A DNA stretch of 64,000 nucleotides from Octopus bimaculoides (lineage: Eukaryota): assembly GCF_001194135.2 (NCBI RefSeq), contig NC_068981.1, positions 153,729,782-153,793,781 of the forward strand, written 5' to 3'. Numbering within the stretch: position 1 is the stretch's first letter; every line of letters starts with the position of its first letter. Both the position numbers and the translations under genes were made by a program. Positions 12,801 through 25,913 of this stretch are shown here, in pieces. Under the pieces are notes generated by a model, which saw only the letters and a list, made by a program, of their open reading frames with translations, did no database searches and had not been told where the DNA came from.

Positions 12801-15800
12801 CCTCATAACATGCTTTCTTTCTTCAATTACCCATACCTACATCTACATTTGAAGGCATGTGGCTTAGTGGTTAAGGTACTCATCTCATGATAAGGTCATG
12901 AGTTCAATTCCTGGTGGCACATTGTGTCCTTGAGCAAGACACTTTATTTCACGTTGCTCCAGTCTACTCAGCTGGCAAAAAAATATGTAGTACTTGTATT
13001 TCAAAAGACCAGCCTTGTCGCATTCTGAATCTCCAAGAACTACATTAAGGATATGCAGGTTTGTGGAGTGCTCAGCCACTTTTGCACATTGATTTCACAA
13101 ACAGGCTGTTCTGCTGATTGAATCAACTGCAAACTTCATCACCATAACCAAGAGAGTGCCAATACATTATTTACAATAGACAGATAGGTGTCCTCATCTT
13201 GCTTGCTGTTATCACAACATTTCAGTTTTAGTATACAGGACATCCGTATACCACAAGCCAACCTTCATTGGACAATACCTCAGCTTCAATTCCCACCATC
13301 CATGCAGTATAAAGAGAGGGATTGCTCAGTGCCTAAAACATCGAGCAAACACTATAAGTAGCGATCCCGATACACACCAGGAAGAAATGATCAGGTTAAG
13401 AAACAATCTACCTAAAGAATATACTATCCACTCCAATTAGGAAGAGGAGAGAGAATGAAACCCTTAAACTGAGTACAGTCAGTCTACCTTATGTTAAAGG
13501 GCCTCTTGGAAAAGATACAAAAGATGTGTGGTCCATATGACATCAGGACAGTATTGAGGAGTAATACAACACTTCGCAAATATCTTCTCCGAGTAAAACC
13601 ATCCATAAAAAATATGGCCCAAAACTGCATGCACTCTATCCCAAGCAGTTGTGGTAGGCTATACAAAGGTGAAACATGCTGCCCCCTTAAAGTAAGGGTA
13701 GAGGAATATCATAAAGCTGTGTGTGACAAGGGGATGTTGAAAAATCAGGTATAGCTGATCGTGTATAGAAAAACGGAGACCACCTCCCACTGTGGGATGA
13801 ATTTAAAATAACTGATAGAGAACACCACTGGAAAATACAAAAATTAAAAGGGGCTGCACATATGCTATAACACAATAACCTTCTAAGCAGACCTAGTGCA
13901 GATATGAATATAATATGGGAACCAGTATTAAGAAAAGATAAAATACTAGCTTTATAAGCCCTAAAATTCACCCAATAATTGCCTACAGGTATATAGTGTA
14001 GTGGATAAGAGCGCAGGCTATTACCCTTGTATTCTAAGTTCAATCCCAGGCAGGGATCAATAATACATTTAGCATGTAAAAAAAACTATCTTATTTAACT
14101 GTGATGGATTGGTGTCTTATTTAACTGTGATGGATTGTTGTGATCTCAGTCACTTCTATCTGTCATAGAAACCAGGTAAGAGGCCTTTTGAGTCCTTGGA
14201 CTCTAGACAGTATTCACAATATTCACAATTATCTTCTATCTTCTTGTTTCATTCATTAGGCTGCAACCATGCTAAGGCACCACCTTCAAGGATTTTTAGC
14301 TGAATGAATCAACCCCAGTACTTTTTCTTTTTTAAGCTTGGTACTTTTATTAATTATCAGTCTGTTTTGCCAAACTGCTAAGGTATGGTGGCATAAACAC
14401 ACCAGGCATTGCTGTGTGATTAATGAGTTCACTTTGCCAACACAAACATGTGGCCCTAGAATTCATTTAGTGTCTTTTACTGTTATTTCAGTATGAGAAA
14501 TAACTTGAGTGGAGTTTGGTAGATAGAAAATGTTTGGTAACCATTGTGTGGGTGTGCGCACATGTGAGTGTGCAAATGTGTGCATGTGTGTGTGCGTGTG
14601 TGCAAGTGTGTGCAAGTTGATGTGTGTGAGTTTGCATGTACTTATGCATGCATATGTTCATGCATATATGTGCAAGTGCAGTTATGGCCATGTGATTAGG
14701 AAGTACATTTTGCAACTATGAAGTTTTGCACTTGTTCCCGCTGCATTGTGCTGCGGGACAGTGTATTCTTGGACTGACCAATGCCTTGTGAGAGAAATTT
14801 GTATGTGGAAACCATGGGAGATTCATCATCGAGGTGGGGCTCGAGTATTCATGTCCTCCCATATCCTGCCATTGTTTACAAGCTGTGAAAACGTTATTAA
14901 TGCCACTATAGAAAATCTGCCTTGACAAGTCTCATTTGACCTATTTTAATATGGAAATATGAATGTAGTAGTTGTTGTTGTGGTGGTGGTGGTGGTGGTG
15001 GTGGTGGTGGTCATGGTGCTGTATTTATGTGGACATATTTTTCATCAATTTATACCTCTGTAGGATATAACCATCAGCAACAGAAAACAAAATAGTAAAA
15101 AATCGTGTTTTATGGATGAAATCCTTTGCATTGAGTTAAGATACATCCTAGAGATTTTTGTCATCAAAAATGCAGTGAAGGAGGGCGAGCTGGCAGAAAC
15201 ATTAGCACGCCAGGTGAAATGCTTAAGCTGTTACATTCTGAGTTCAAATTCCGCCGAGGTCGATTTTGCCTTTCATCCTCTCAGGGTTGATAAATTAAGT
15301 ACCAGTTATGTACTGGGGTCGATGTAATCGACTTAATCCCTTTGTCTGTCCTTGTTTGTCCCCTCTATGTTTAGCCCCTTGTGTGCAATAAAGAAATAAG
15401 AAATGCAGTGAACCAGTACTTGGTTTGTTACAAAAATATTAACTAATGACATTAATAACAAATTGTAATAGTAAATGAATCTGTTATCTCATTTTAGTCA
15501 TTGGACTGCGGCCAGTTAGGCTACTACCTTGAAGCATTTATTTGAACAAATTGACTCCAGTATTTATCTTTAAGTCTGGCACTTGTGCTATCTGTCTCTT
15601 TTACTGAACTGCTAAGCCAGAGATGCGTAAACAAACCAACACTGGTTATCAAGCAGTGGAATATCAAGCATGGAATGGAAAGACACAGATGCCCACACAT
15701 GCACATGTGATGGGCTTCCATATAGTTTCCTTCTCACAAATTCACTCACATGACATTGGTCAGCCAAGGGCTTTAGAAGAAGACACTTGCTCAAGGTGTC

Positions 15801-18800
15801 ATGCAGTGGGACTGAACTCAAAACCAGGCAGTTGCAAAGTGTGCTTCTTAAGCACACAGCTATGCCTATACCTATACAAATAAAATCCCCAGTAAATTAA
15901 ACTTAACACATCTACATCTACATCTCATGTTACAAGCAAACATTCATTCTCTACTAAAAACCCTCAAAACTAATGTACCTTAAGACTGCATTAACCTCCA
16001 GCTTCTTATTTCTATCTAACTTTAAGAGGGTTCCCTCATGCTACACAGTAATGTTTTTTGTCTATAGAGACAACAACATACACACACCCACACAGAGTAA
16101 TAGAGGGTTCCCTTTTCCCATTATTTATAAAAACATTCAAAAATGTGTAGCACAGCTCTCTTCTACAAAACTAGTCTGACCATTTATTTCGCTCTTTCAT
16201 AGAAAAACAAATTAATGACCCAATTACTCTTTATCAAGCATTCAACCAGCCAACTACTATGGTTTCATTTTGATTTAAATAATTATGAACTTTTAAACAG
16301 CAAAACCTGTATATAAAATAAAATAAAATAAAATAAAATGGGGGGAAAAAAAACAAGAAAAACGAATCTTCTCTACATAGTTATCAATGCAACTATTAAT
16401 GCCTCTAAGAATACTTGTGAAGCACAATGGAAACTAGGAAAACAGGAAATGAAAATCAGAACTGAATACATTGTTAAATGATCAGAGAAAGCATGAACAT
16501 GCAGACTGTAGGAGATAAGAAGAGTATATAGATGTGTGTGTTCAGCTCCAATACGTCAATTGATAACAACTTACATGATTGAATCGCCGAGTAAAAGCTA
16601 CTACATTGGGGGCTTTGATCAACTTTTCTTTTGTGGTCCATGCACAAGAAGTCAGCTCCTACAATACATGAAAGCAAATTTGAGATTAAATAAAAGGCAT
16701 TTAAGAGAATATTTTTCTTTTTCTTCTTTTTTTTTGAGGGGGTGGGAATGTTCTTGTAAAATAGATATGAAAATCCAAGTAAAATTTTTAAATAACTTTA
16801 AATACATTAAAAAAAATCTCCCTGAAAGTATTCTAAATAAATATATAAGAAATACCACATACTGACAAAATTTAATAAACATTTTGTTTCTTATTCATCA
16901 TCATCATTTAATATCCGCTTTCCATGCTAGCATGGGTTGGACGATTTGACTGAGGATGGGCGAACCAGATGGCTGCACCAGGCACCAATCTGATCAGGCA
17001 GAATTTCTACAGCTGGATGCCCTTCCTAATGCCAACCACTCAGAGAGTGTAGTGGGTGCTTTTACTTGCCACCGGCATGAGGGCCAGTCTGGCGGTACTG
17101 GCAATGGCCACGCTCAAATGGTGTTTTTTACGTGCCACCTGCACAGGAGTCAGTCCAGTGGTACTGGCAACAACTTCGCTCGAATGTTTTGTTCTTGTGC
17201 CACCGGCACAAGTGCCAGTAAGGCAACGCTGGTATCAATCATGTTCAAATGGTGCTTTTTATGTGCCACCGGCATGGAAGCCAGACAGCTGCTCTGGCAA
17301 TGATCCCACTTGGATGGTGCTGTTAGCGCTCCACTGGCACGGGTGCCAGCCATCGAATTTGATTCAATTTCAATATCACTTGTCCCAACAGGTCTTCGCA
17401 AGCAGAGTTTAGTATCCAATGAAGAAAGGTTGGCATGGGTGCCAGTCGTCGAATTTTATTCGATTTCACTTGCTTCAACAGGTCTTCGCAAGCAGGGTTT
17501 TGTGTCCAAAGAAGGAAAGGTACGCATAAGTGGGCTGGCTACACCCTTGGTAAAGGCCATGGGTTATGGTCTCACTTGTCTTGCCAGGTCTTCTCACACA
17601 CAGCATATATATATTCATATTTTTATAAAAAGGAACTAAAGACATATAATCATTGTCATTTAGCATTCATTTTTCACACTGGTATGGGTTGGACAGGTCA
17701 GCATGATCCAATGAGTTGAAGGATTGTGTTGTGCTCCAATGTCTGTTTATACATGCTTTCTACAGCTGAATGCCTTTCCTAATGCTAACCACTTTACGAA
17801 AGTGTACCAAGTGAGTGCTCTTTTCATGGTACCAGTACTAGTTAGGCCATCTTGCAATTTCAAAAATAAGGGCTTGAAGTGGCCCCTATAACTGGAGAAG
17901 AATAGAAGAGGGAGAGTGAATAGAGGAATAGAGAAGGAAGGGATTAGTGTCAGGGGTTAGTGAGGAAGGGAAGAACAGTATAAAGTGATAAGGTGAATTG
18001 TGTAGATCAGGGGTTATTTTGCTTGTGGTTCCCTTGAGAGCTATCTTATCTAGGGACCCCATATATGCACATGTAAGTTTTTGAAATAAAATATTTGTTT
18101 GTAGGTTAGTAAAAACTAACAATGAAACAATTTCGTTTTATTCATAACAAATTCCAAATACAAATCGTGAAAATTTCAATAAATACAGGTACCTCTCATA
18201 GGGTGACACGTAAAAGCACCCACTACACTCTCTGAGTGGTTGGCGTTAGGAAGGGCATCCAGCTGTAGAAACTGCCAAATCAGATTGGAGCCTGATGTAG
18301 CCATCTGGTTTCACCAGTCCTCAGTCAAATCGTCCAACCCATGCTAGCATGGAAAGCGGACGTTAAACGACGACGACGACGACAGACCCACAAATTACAA
18401 TTTTTACTTGTGGAGCCCCTAAAAGCTTCTGTGGACCCCAGTTGGGAACCCCTAGTGTAGATGGTCCAGGGCTATTCTACATGGATGGGAAGTGTGAGGG
18501 AAAAACAAGAACGGTAAAAATAGATGAGGGTGGCAAGAGAAATCCAGAGTTGTCATTGAAGGAAATAGAGGTGTAAGGGTGAGGTGTGTATGTGAGTAGA
18601 CCAGAGAAGAGAGATGAGAGAGAGTGGTATTGAGGCGGCAGAGAAGCTATGGGGAGAGGACAGTGAGAGAAAAAGAGGTAGAGGATGGAATAGTGGATGA
18701 ATGCAATGCAGTATGAACAATGAAGGGGGAGAGAAGCTGGAGAGTATCAGAGAGGGGAGGGGTGTAGAACAGTGTGAATACAGAGAAAACAAGCTACAAA

Positions 18801-18922
18801 ATTAAAACAGTAGCGCCCAATTTTGGAATTTGGTAAAACTGAAATATTGGCCAATAAAACATTGGTAAAACCAGAGATTTGAATATAAGCTATGTAACAA
18901 TTCTTCAAACTTAGTAGCACAA

Positions 18923-18983
<61 letters not shown>

Positions 18984-21900
18984 TACATACACACACACAG
19001 ATAATGATCCTATATTTAGAAACTTATAAACACATTATAATATACCAACACTCAGCATCTGATGTACAAGAAATGCAATTATAGAGCCCTAAAGTAACAT
19101 GATATATTTAGACAATCTGCCAGCATTCTCATTCTCTTTCTAAATCTCTTATAATAAAAGGATTTGGGGAAAATGAAATTAGATATACTTCTTTAATTCT
19201 AAATATGCTTATTTTGAGTGAATGTGCATGCACACACATTTTGATATCCTCTTATCATAGTAGACATTCATTCCCAACTGAACATAAAATATACCTAAAA
19301 CATAGAATTAGCTTTCTTTAATAAAATACTTCAAGTTTTTGTTTAAAACAGGAAGTAAGGTTTGCAAGTCAAAAATATTCCTGCCTTTCTTGTACAACAA
19401 ACATAGATAAGCTCAGCACTTTACTTGTAAAGAAGTAACAGTGAATAAAGGATATATTTAAAGAGATGTAAGCTGGTAATTGTTTTTGCATCCTTGTTAA
19501 ATTTTTTCCCAAACAGTAGCTTATAAGTTCACAATTTTATCAACAGAGAAGTAAAATAACAGGAAGCTAGTTACAGTAATATTTCTAGCACAGAAACACT
19601 GTCTCTTATGGTTAGAAAATATAAAACAACACAATGCACCCACAGAATAAAATAGGAAGTAGCACAATTAATGAATGTTTCGATAACTGCAACTCTGAAC
19701 GAATTATGAAAAAAAAATGGAAAAGAAAATAACAACATGTATTTCTTTCCTATCTTCCTTCTTATTTTTTAAAAAGGAAAACAGGGAAAGGAAGAGACGA
19801 TGGAGGGGGGGGGGTGAACACTACAAGAAGATATAGTGTAAACAATTTGTTATTGGCAACAAATATAAGAGGCTAGCCACAAATCATTCTTGGAAAAAAA
19901 CCAAACTCTCACAGAATCCCCACTCGGTAGTAAATAGTATGGGGAATAGCAGAAAACATGGTAGTAGCTGCTCCCCAGCTTGTTATTACTTTCAATACCA
20001 ATCTGTCAATGAGTACTCGTGTTTCTGTCTGGAGATTAATTGGAGAGTGAAATATTTGACCTTAACAACATTCAGGAAATACCTCAGTAGATAAACTGTA
20101 CAGCAGCCAGATACTGAGGCGGAGGAGGAGAAAGAGGAGTGGACTAGGAAAGAGATCTTTTATAGCTCCCTAATGATCAGAGAAATTTTACATCTCAATT
20201 ATGACATTTCAAGTAGATTACCATTAAAAACACTATGTAATGAGATTAAGTAAACTTACATGGCAATAAAATTACAAATTCTACCGAGCATTCCAGAAGA
20301 AACAGAATGTTTAACATCATAAGTTCAATATACTAAAGTTGAACTGTGAATGGAGGTCAATGGAACAATTTACATTCAATTTCATTAGAAACTAAATGAC
20401 TATGTCAAAATATAAGGAGATCTAATGTCAGAAAGTATCCTGGAAAAATGTAGAAAAGTAAGTGTGTGTGTGTGTGAGAGAGAGAGAGAGGGAGAGGGAG
20501 AGGGAGAGAGAGAGAGAGAGAGAGAGAGAAAGAAAGAAATAAAGAGAGAGAGAGAGAGAAAGAAAGAAATAAAGAGAGAGAGAGAGAGAAAGAAAGAGAG
20601 TGAGAGAGAAATAGAGAGAGAGAAAGAGAAAGAAAGAGAGAGAGAGTGGAAACAAAGAGAAAGAAAGAGAAATAAAGAGAGAGAGAAAGAGAAAAAGAAA
20701 GAAACAGAAAGGGAGAGATACCCTTCAAAATTACACATTATTTAGTCATTTTATGACCATATTTCTAATAAAATAATTCTTTTATTCTTTAATTTCTTTT
20801 TTTCAATTAGTGGATTAAAGCCATAATGGAGCTTTAACTCTCAGTCCTTCTTCTAAGTTTGGTATTTACTTATTCAATTAGTCTTTTTTTACCAAACAGT
20901 CAAGCTATACGGACATTAAAAAAAAACAACCTATCTCTGACAGCAGGAGTCAAATGTGTGCGCACACACGCATGCACACCCACCCACACAACTGGCGGTC
21001 CATCAGTTACAATGACAAGGCTTCCAGTTGATCTGATCAACAGAACACCCTGCTCATAAAACTAATGTGCAAGTGGCTGAGCACTCCACAGACACATGTA
21101 CCTTTAATGTAGTTCTCAGGAAGATTCAGTGTGACACAATGTGACAAGGCTGGCCCTTTTGAATTACAGGTAAGTGAACAGAAGCATCAAGAAATGAAGC
21201 TTTTTGCTTAAGAAAACGAGATACTGCTTAATCCAGAAAACAAACTCATGATCTAGCAATCACGAGTGCAACACCCTAACCACTAGGCCACGCATCTTCA
21301 CACACACACAATATACATACATATATCATCATCATCATCGTTTAACGTCTGCTTTCCATGCTAGCATGGGTTGGACAATTTGACTGAGGACCGGCAAGCC
21401 AGAAGGCTGCACCAGGCTCCAATCTGATCTGGCAGAGTTTCTACAGCTAGATGCTCTTCCTAACGCCAACCACTCCGAGAGTGTAGTGGGTGCTTTTACG
21501 TACCACCGGCACAAGGGCCAGTCACACGGCACTGGCAATGGCCACGCTCAAAAAGGTGTTTTTTATGTGCCACCTGCACAAGAGCCAGTCCAGCGGCACT
21601 GGCAATGACCTCGCTCGAATGATTTTCTAATGTGCCACCAGCACAAGTGCTAGAAGGCGACGCTGGCAATGATTACGCTCTAATGGTGCTATTTACGGGC
21701 CATTAGCACGGAAGCCAGACAGCCGCTCTGGCAATGAACACACTCGACAGTGTTGTTAGCGAAAAGTTGACAGTGACTTTGAAGTTTCAGCTTGCTTGCA
21801 TTAATTAGCTGAAGATTAATTTTGTTTTTTTTTTGTTTTTTTTTTTCTTGGTGTAAACCGAATATTAATTTACTGCAACCGAATGAAATACTTGCTAAAA

Positions 21901-23962
21901 TAAGGAAAGCATTTTATTAGCAGCAACATTGGACGAAAGGCCACAATAGATGTCATCCTTGACTCCATTGCGCCAATTGTTGTTGTTGGCACTCCGTCGC
22001 TTACGACATCGAGGGTCCCAGTTGATCCTATCAACGGAACAGCCTGCTAGTGAAATCAACATGCAAGTGGCTGAGCACTCCACAGACACGTGTACCCTTA
22101 ACGTAGTTCTCGGGGATATTCAGCGTGACACAGTGTGACAAGGCTGACCCTTTGAATTACAGGCACAACAGAAACAGGAAGTAAGAGTGAGAGAAAGTTG
22201 TGGTGAAAGAGTATAGCAGGGTTCGCCATCATCCCCTGCCTGAACCTCGTGGAGCTTTAGGTGTTTTCGCTCAATAAGCACTCACAATGGTCTGGGAATC
22301 GAAACCACGATCCTATGACCACGAGTCCGCGAGCCCTAACCACTGGGCCATTGCGCCAATAACAAAATATCAAAAAACAAAAAAAAACAAAAAATGGTCA
22401 TAGCTGGAATGTTTTTGATCGGCGCTGACAACACTTAAATTATGTCTTTTCTAGTCACAGATGTAAACAAAAACATCATTGTATCTACTTCTAGGTAAGA
22501 CAGAGCTACTGAAAGTGTATAAATAATTGAAATGTACCGAATTATGTCCAGTTACTGTTAGATCAATTCTTTGACCCTATGGCATTGACATAAGGTAGCA
22601 CCAATAGCAAGAGTCAAACCATAGACTCTTCATGCAAGTCAACACTAATAAGTCATTTTATACTATTTTACAATAATTTTTGTATGAAGAAACTATTTTG
22701 TATGAAGCCGAATTTTTGTATGAAGAAACTATTATTTCATGATAATAATAATAAAAAAATTAAACAGCAATCATATTCCTGTTCAAAACTGTCAAAACAT
22801 GTTAAAAATCAGAAAAATTTCTAAATTTCTAATGTAAATTTGTAAGAGGAAAAGATTAAAAATTAGGTAATTTAAATATGTTTTTTATTTCTTTCCCTAA
22901 AATGCTAAAACATAATTTTTTAATAATATAATACATAGTTTTTAATAACAGATAAAGTTTATAAATAACTTTTTGAAGATATTTTTAGACTATAACCTCA
23001 GTTCTAATCTAAAAACTAATCTTGACCAAAGTTATAAGTTTTCCCACTTATTTCTAATCTAAATGACAAAACAGTGATTCAAGTAGAATTAGATAGGTAA
23101 AGTTCATAAATAACTGCTTTTCAAATTAGGCCAGAAATGTGGGGGAGGGGAATGACTGATTATATCAAATCCAATATTTGACTAGTATTTTATTTTATCA
23201 ATCTCCAAAGGATGAATGACAAAGCTGACCTTAGCAGGATTTAGAATCAATATGAAGCAGCACAATACTACAAGGCATTTTTATTTAATACTTTGACAAA
23301 TCTGTTAACTCACTGCTCTAAATAATTGTTTCTAAATTAGGTATGTCAGAAACTTGCGGGGAAGAAATAGTCAATCATATCAACTCCAAAACTTAACAAG
23401 TATTTTATTTTATTGACCTTTTATTGACGAAAGGTGCGGTTGACCTCAGTAGAAATTGAACTCAAAACAAAGAACCAGAGCAAATACCACAGGGCTCTAA
23501 TGATTCTGCCAATTGACCAACCGTAATGAAACTAAATTCATGTAGAATTCCTTTATATGTTTCAGCCCAAGGCTGTGGCTAAATAGAAGCATCTCTATTT
23601 AAAAAAAAAAAAAAACCCAAAGCCATCTGTACATCAAAATCAAAGTTTACTAGATGAATTCATAGCAGAACAATGACCATTAAAAGCTAAAAGCAAAAAC
23701 AGAATTTTCAACAATCTGATGATAAAAAATTAAATTAACACAAAAAGCAAAGTCATAAAAAAAAAAGTTTCTTTACCTCAGGTTGTATTGCTTGAAAGAC
23801 AGGTAAATCCAATAAAGTTATTTGACTCTGGAAAATGAGGAAAGAAAGATATTCACAAAATGTGCCGATGATGAAATGAGCATTACTTATCTAATTGTAA
23901 ATAAGTATAAATTAGCAGAGACACTCAGCATTGCTTGGGATTAAAATGGCATAGTTTGTGTG

Positions 23963-24003
<41 letters not shown>

Positions 24004-25878
24004 CAGTTATGTTGATATGGGAAAGTGCAGTATTGACGGCAAAACATTTGTGGAATAAATGATGGCCTAATTCAACTAAGCGACATGCTATGCATCTGTT
24101 TGGAGCATCCCAGGCCCTAACCTGTCATGGAAAATTGGGGGTGACAGGTATGCGATTTTTGAACACACTGAAAAGCTATCCGTGAATATGCTCTCCTTTG
24201 CGCCAGTTGGTGCTACGTCTAATACAACCCATGGTTTGAAGTTTTGACACCTCCTTTGGGTTTGCTATCCTACATCACTTAAAGTAAATTTGGAGTAACT
24301 GTGGTTGTTCATTTGTGGGTAACAGGGAACACTTGCTTTAAACTTTGAATGGCAGCATAAATCCATGTTCAACCATCTCTTTAGATGCACCAAATGATGT
24401 CATTTGAAATGCAGAATTGTATTGTCTGATTTTGTTCAGAAAATCCTTTGACTGGATGGAAGCAGCTTCCAGAAGATCCATAAGAGTTTGAGGAGCTGAT
24501 AGTGCTGGCAATCATACCTTACTGCCTGAGCAGCACATGCCATTAGTTTCATTTGGAAATTTTAAAGCTTTGCAGAAATGACAGTTTGAGTTTAGCACAC
24601 CAATTTGGACAAAATTATCATTTTTATAAGAATGGGATGGATCATATCTGAAAGCAGCTCCAGGGGTTGTGAAGAATGAATTTGTATGTAGTCTCTTTCT
24701 GAGAGCTATTCTATTGGACCTCTAATCATTAAAACATTTTATTGATCTAGCATTAAGTGCTGAAGCATGCATTTACCGATCTTGGGAGAGTCTCCTCTCC
24801 CTTCTCTCTTGAGACTCCATCTGACATGCTGCAGCATGCCTTTGCTGATCTTAAGAGTCTCATCTCGCTTCAGTCTTGAGACACCATTTCATGTGTTGGA
24901 GCATGCATTTGCTGATCTTGAGAAAGTCTCATCTCCCTTCTCTCTTGAGACTCTCACCTTCAGTTTTCTTCAATTCTCCTTGCCTTATACTTGTTTCTGA
25001 AGAGATTACGTATTTTCTTTGGTGGCATATCTTTTCAATATTGTAAACAAAAATTTTGAACATAGAAAAAAATTATACATTAATCTCTATTTTTGTGGGC
25101 AGTTGTATGTATGTAGCATGTCCTTACTTTTGTATGCAGTATAAAGTAACGAAATATAAGCAAATTAACCAAATAGAAGCGCATGTATGAACTGCTTTTT
25201 GATGGCAAATGCTACAATCTTAGTGTTATCATGTTAGAATTAAAAGTGAAACAATATTATATCACAGAAAAAGTGGGGATGGGGGTGGACATGAATCAAG
25301 TAAAGAAAAAGACCAATGAAAGCCAAAAGTGTGTGCACAGTATACAGAATAAAACATAAAAAGACAAGAATGTGAAAAGTAAAAGAGCCTTAAAAGATGT
25401 AAAACAATTTCAAAGTTGATAAAATAGCAAACTCCTGGCTCCATCACCATGAATTTGTACTTCTAGGGTACAGGACACCCCATAAAAAAAAAAAAAAAAA
25501 TTTTTAATTGTATTTCTATAACAAGCAATGTGTTTCAGAGCATAATTCAGTTAGAACAATCCTTATTTCATAATAGTCTAAACGTTTCAGATCGCTTCAC
25601 TGATAGCTTAAGTGAAGTGTATTCTTCCAGGCTTATAAGCATATTTAAATTATGTTATTTAGTAATACAAAAAGTTTAAGGTATAATTGCCCCAAGTTAG
25701 AACAACTGGCAAATCAAGCCTCCAGATTGTGTAGCTTTCTTAACATAGCTGAAAGAACTAATGACTTAATTGGAGTAAAAAAAATGTTTAATTTAGCAAT
25801 AACAATAGTCATCAGACAACATTTTTACTTCCATATTGTCCATAAATGCATACTTTGTACTTAACATTATATATATAC

Positions 25879-25913
<35 letters not shown>

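Noticed and set aside
12853-12920. tRNA genes at SINE heads (also 13985-14070, 15180-15260, 22290-22360, 37035-37110)
   Set aside because: Only degenerate A/B boxes that continue into SINE bodies; no complete cloverleaf recognised.
13170-13240. Hammerhead ribozyme or inverted pseudo-LTR at the Penelope 5' junction
   Set aside because: No complete CUGANGA...GAAA core with stems is visible; cannot be supported without a family consensus.
16956-17719. Cluster of 90-118-aa ORFs (also 7289-7669, 21335-21538, 45438-45865, 49921-50115)
   Set aside because: Open frames within GC-richer SINE family A sequence; not conserved in frame between copies.
20082-20119. Pre-miRNA-like hairpin (CCTCAGTA...TACTGAGG)
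   Set aside because: Only an 8-bp perfect stem with weak inner pairing over 38 nt; too short for a Drosha/Dicer precursor.
20400-20745. ORF-track proteins such as ERERE/SLSLS, and the HTHT/VCVC/YIYI ORFs at 32055-32321, 46577-47041 and 62469-62749
   Set aside because: Translations of microsatellites. ORFs spanning N runs (e.g. 34749-35153, 55863-56354) are gap artefacts.
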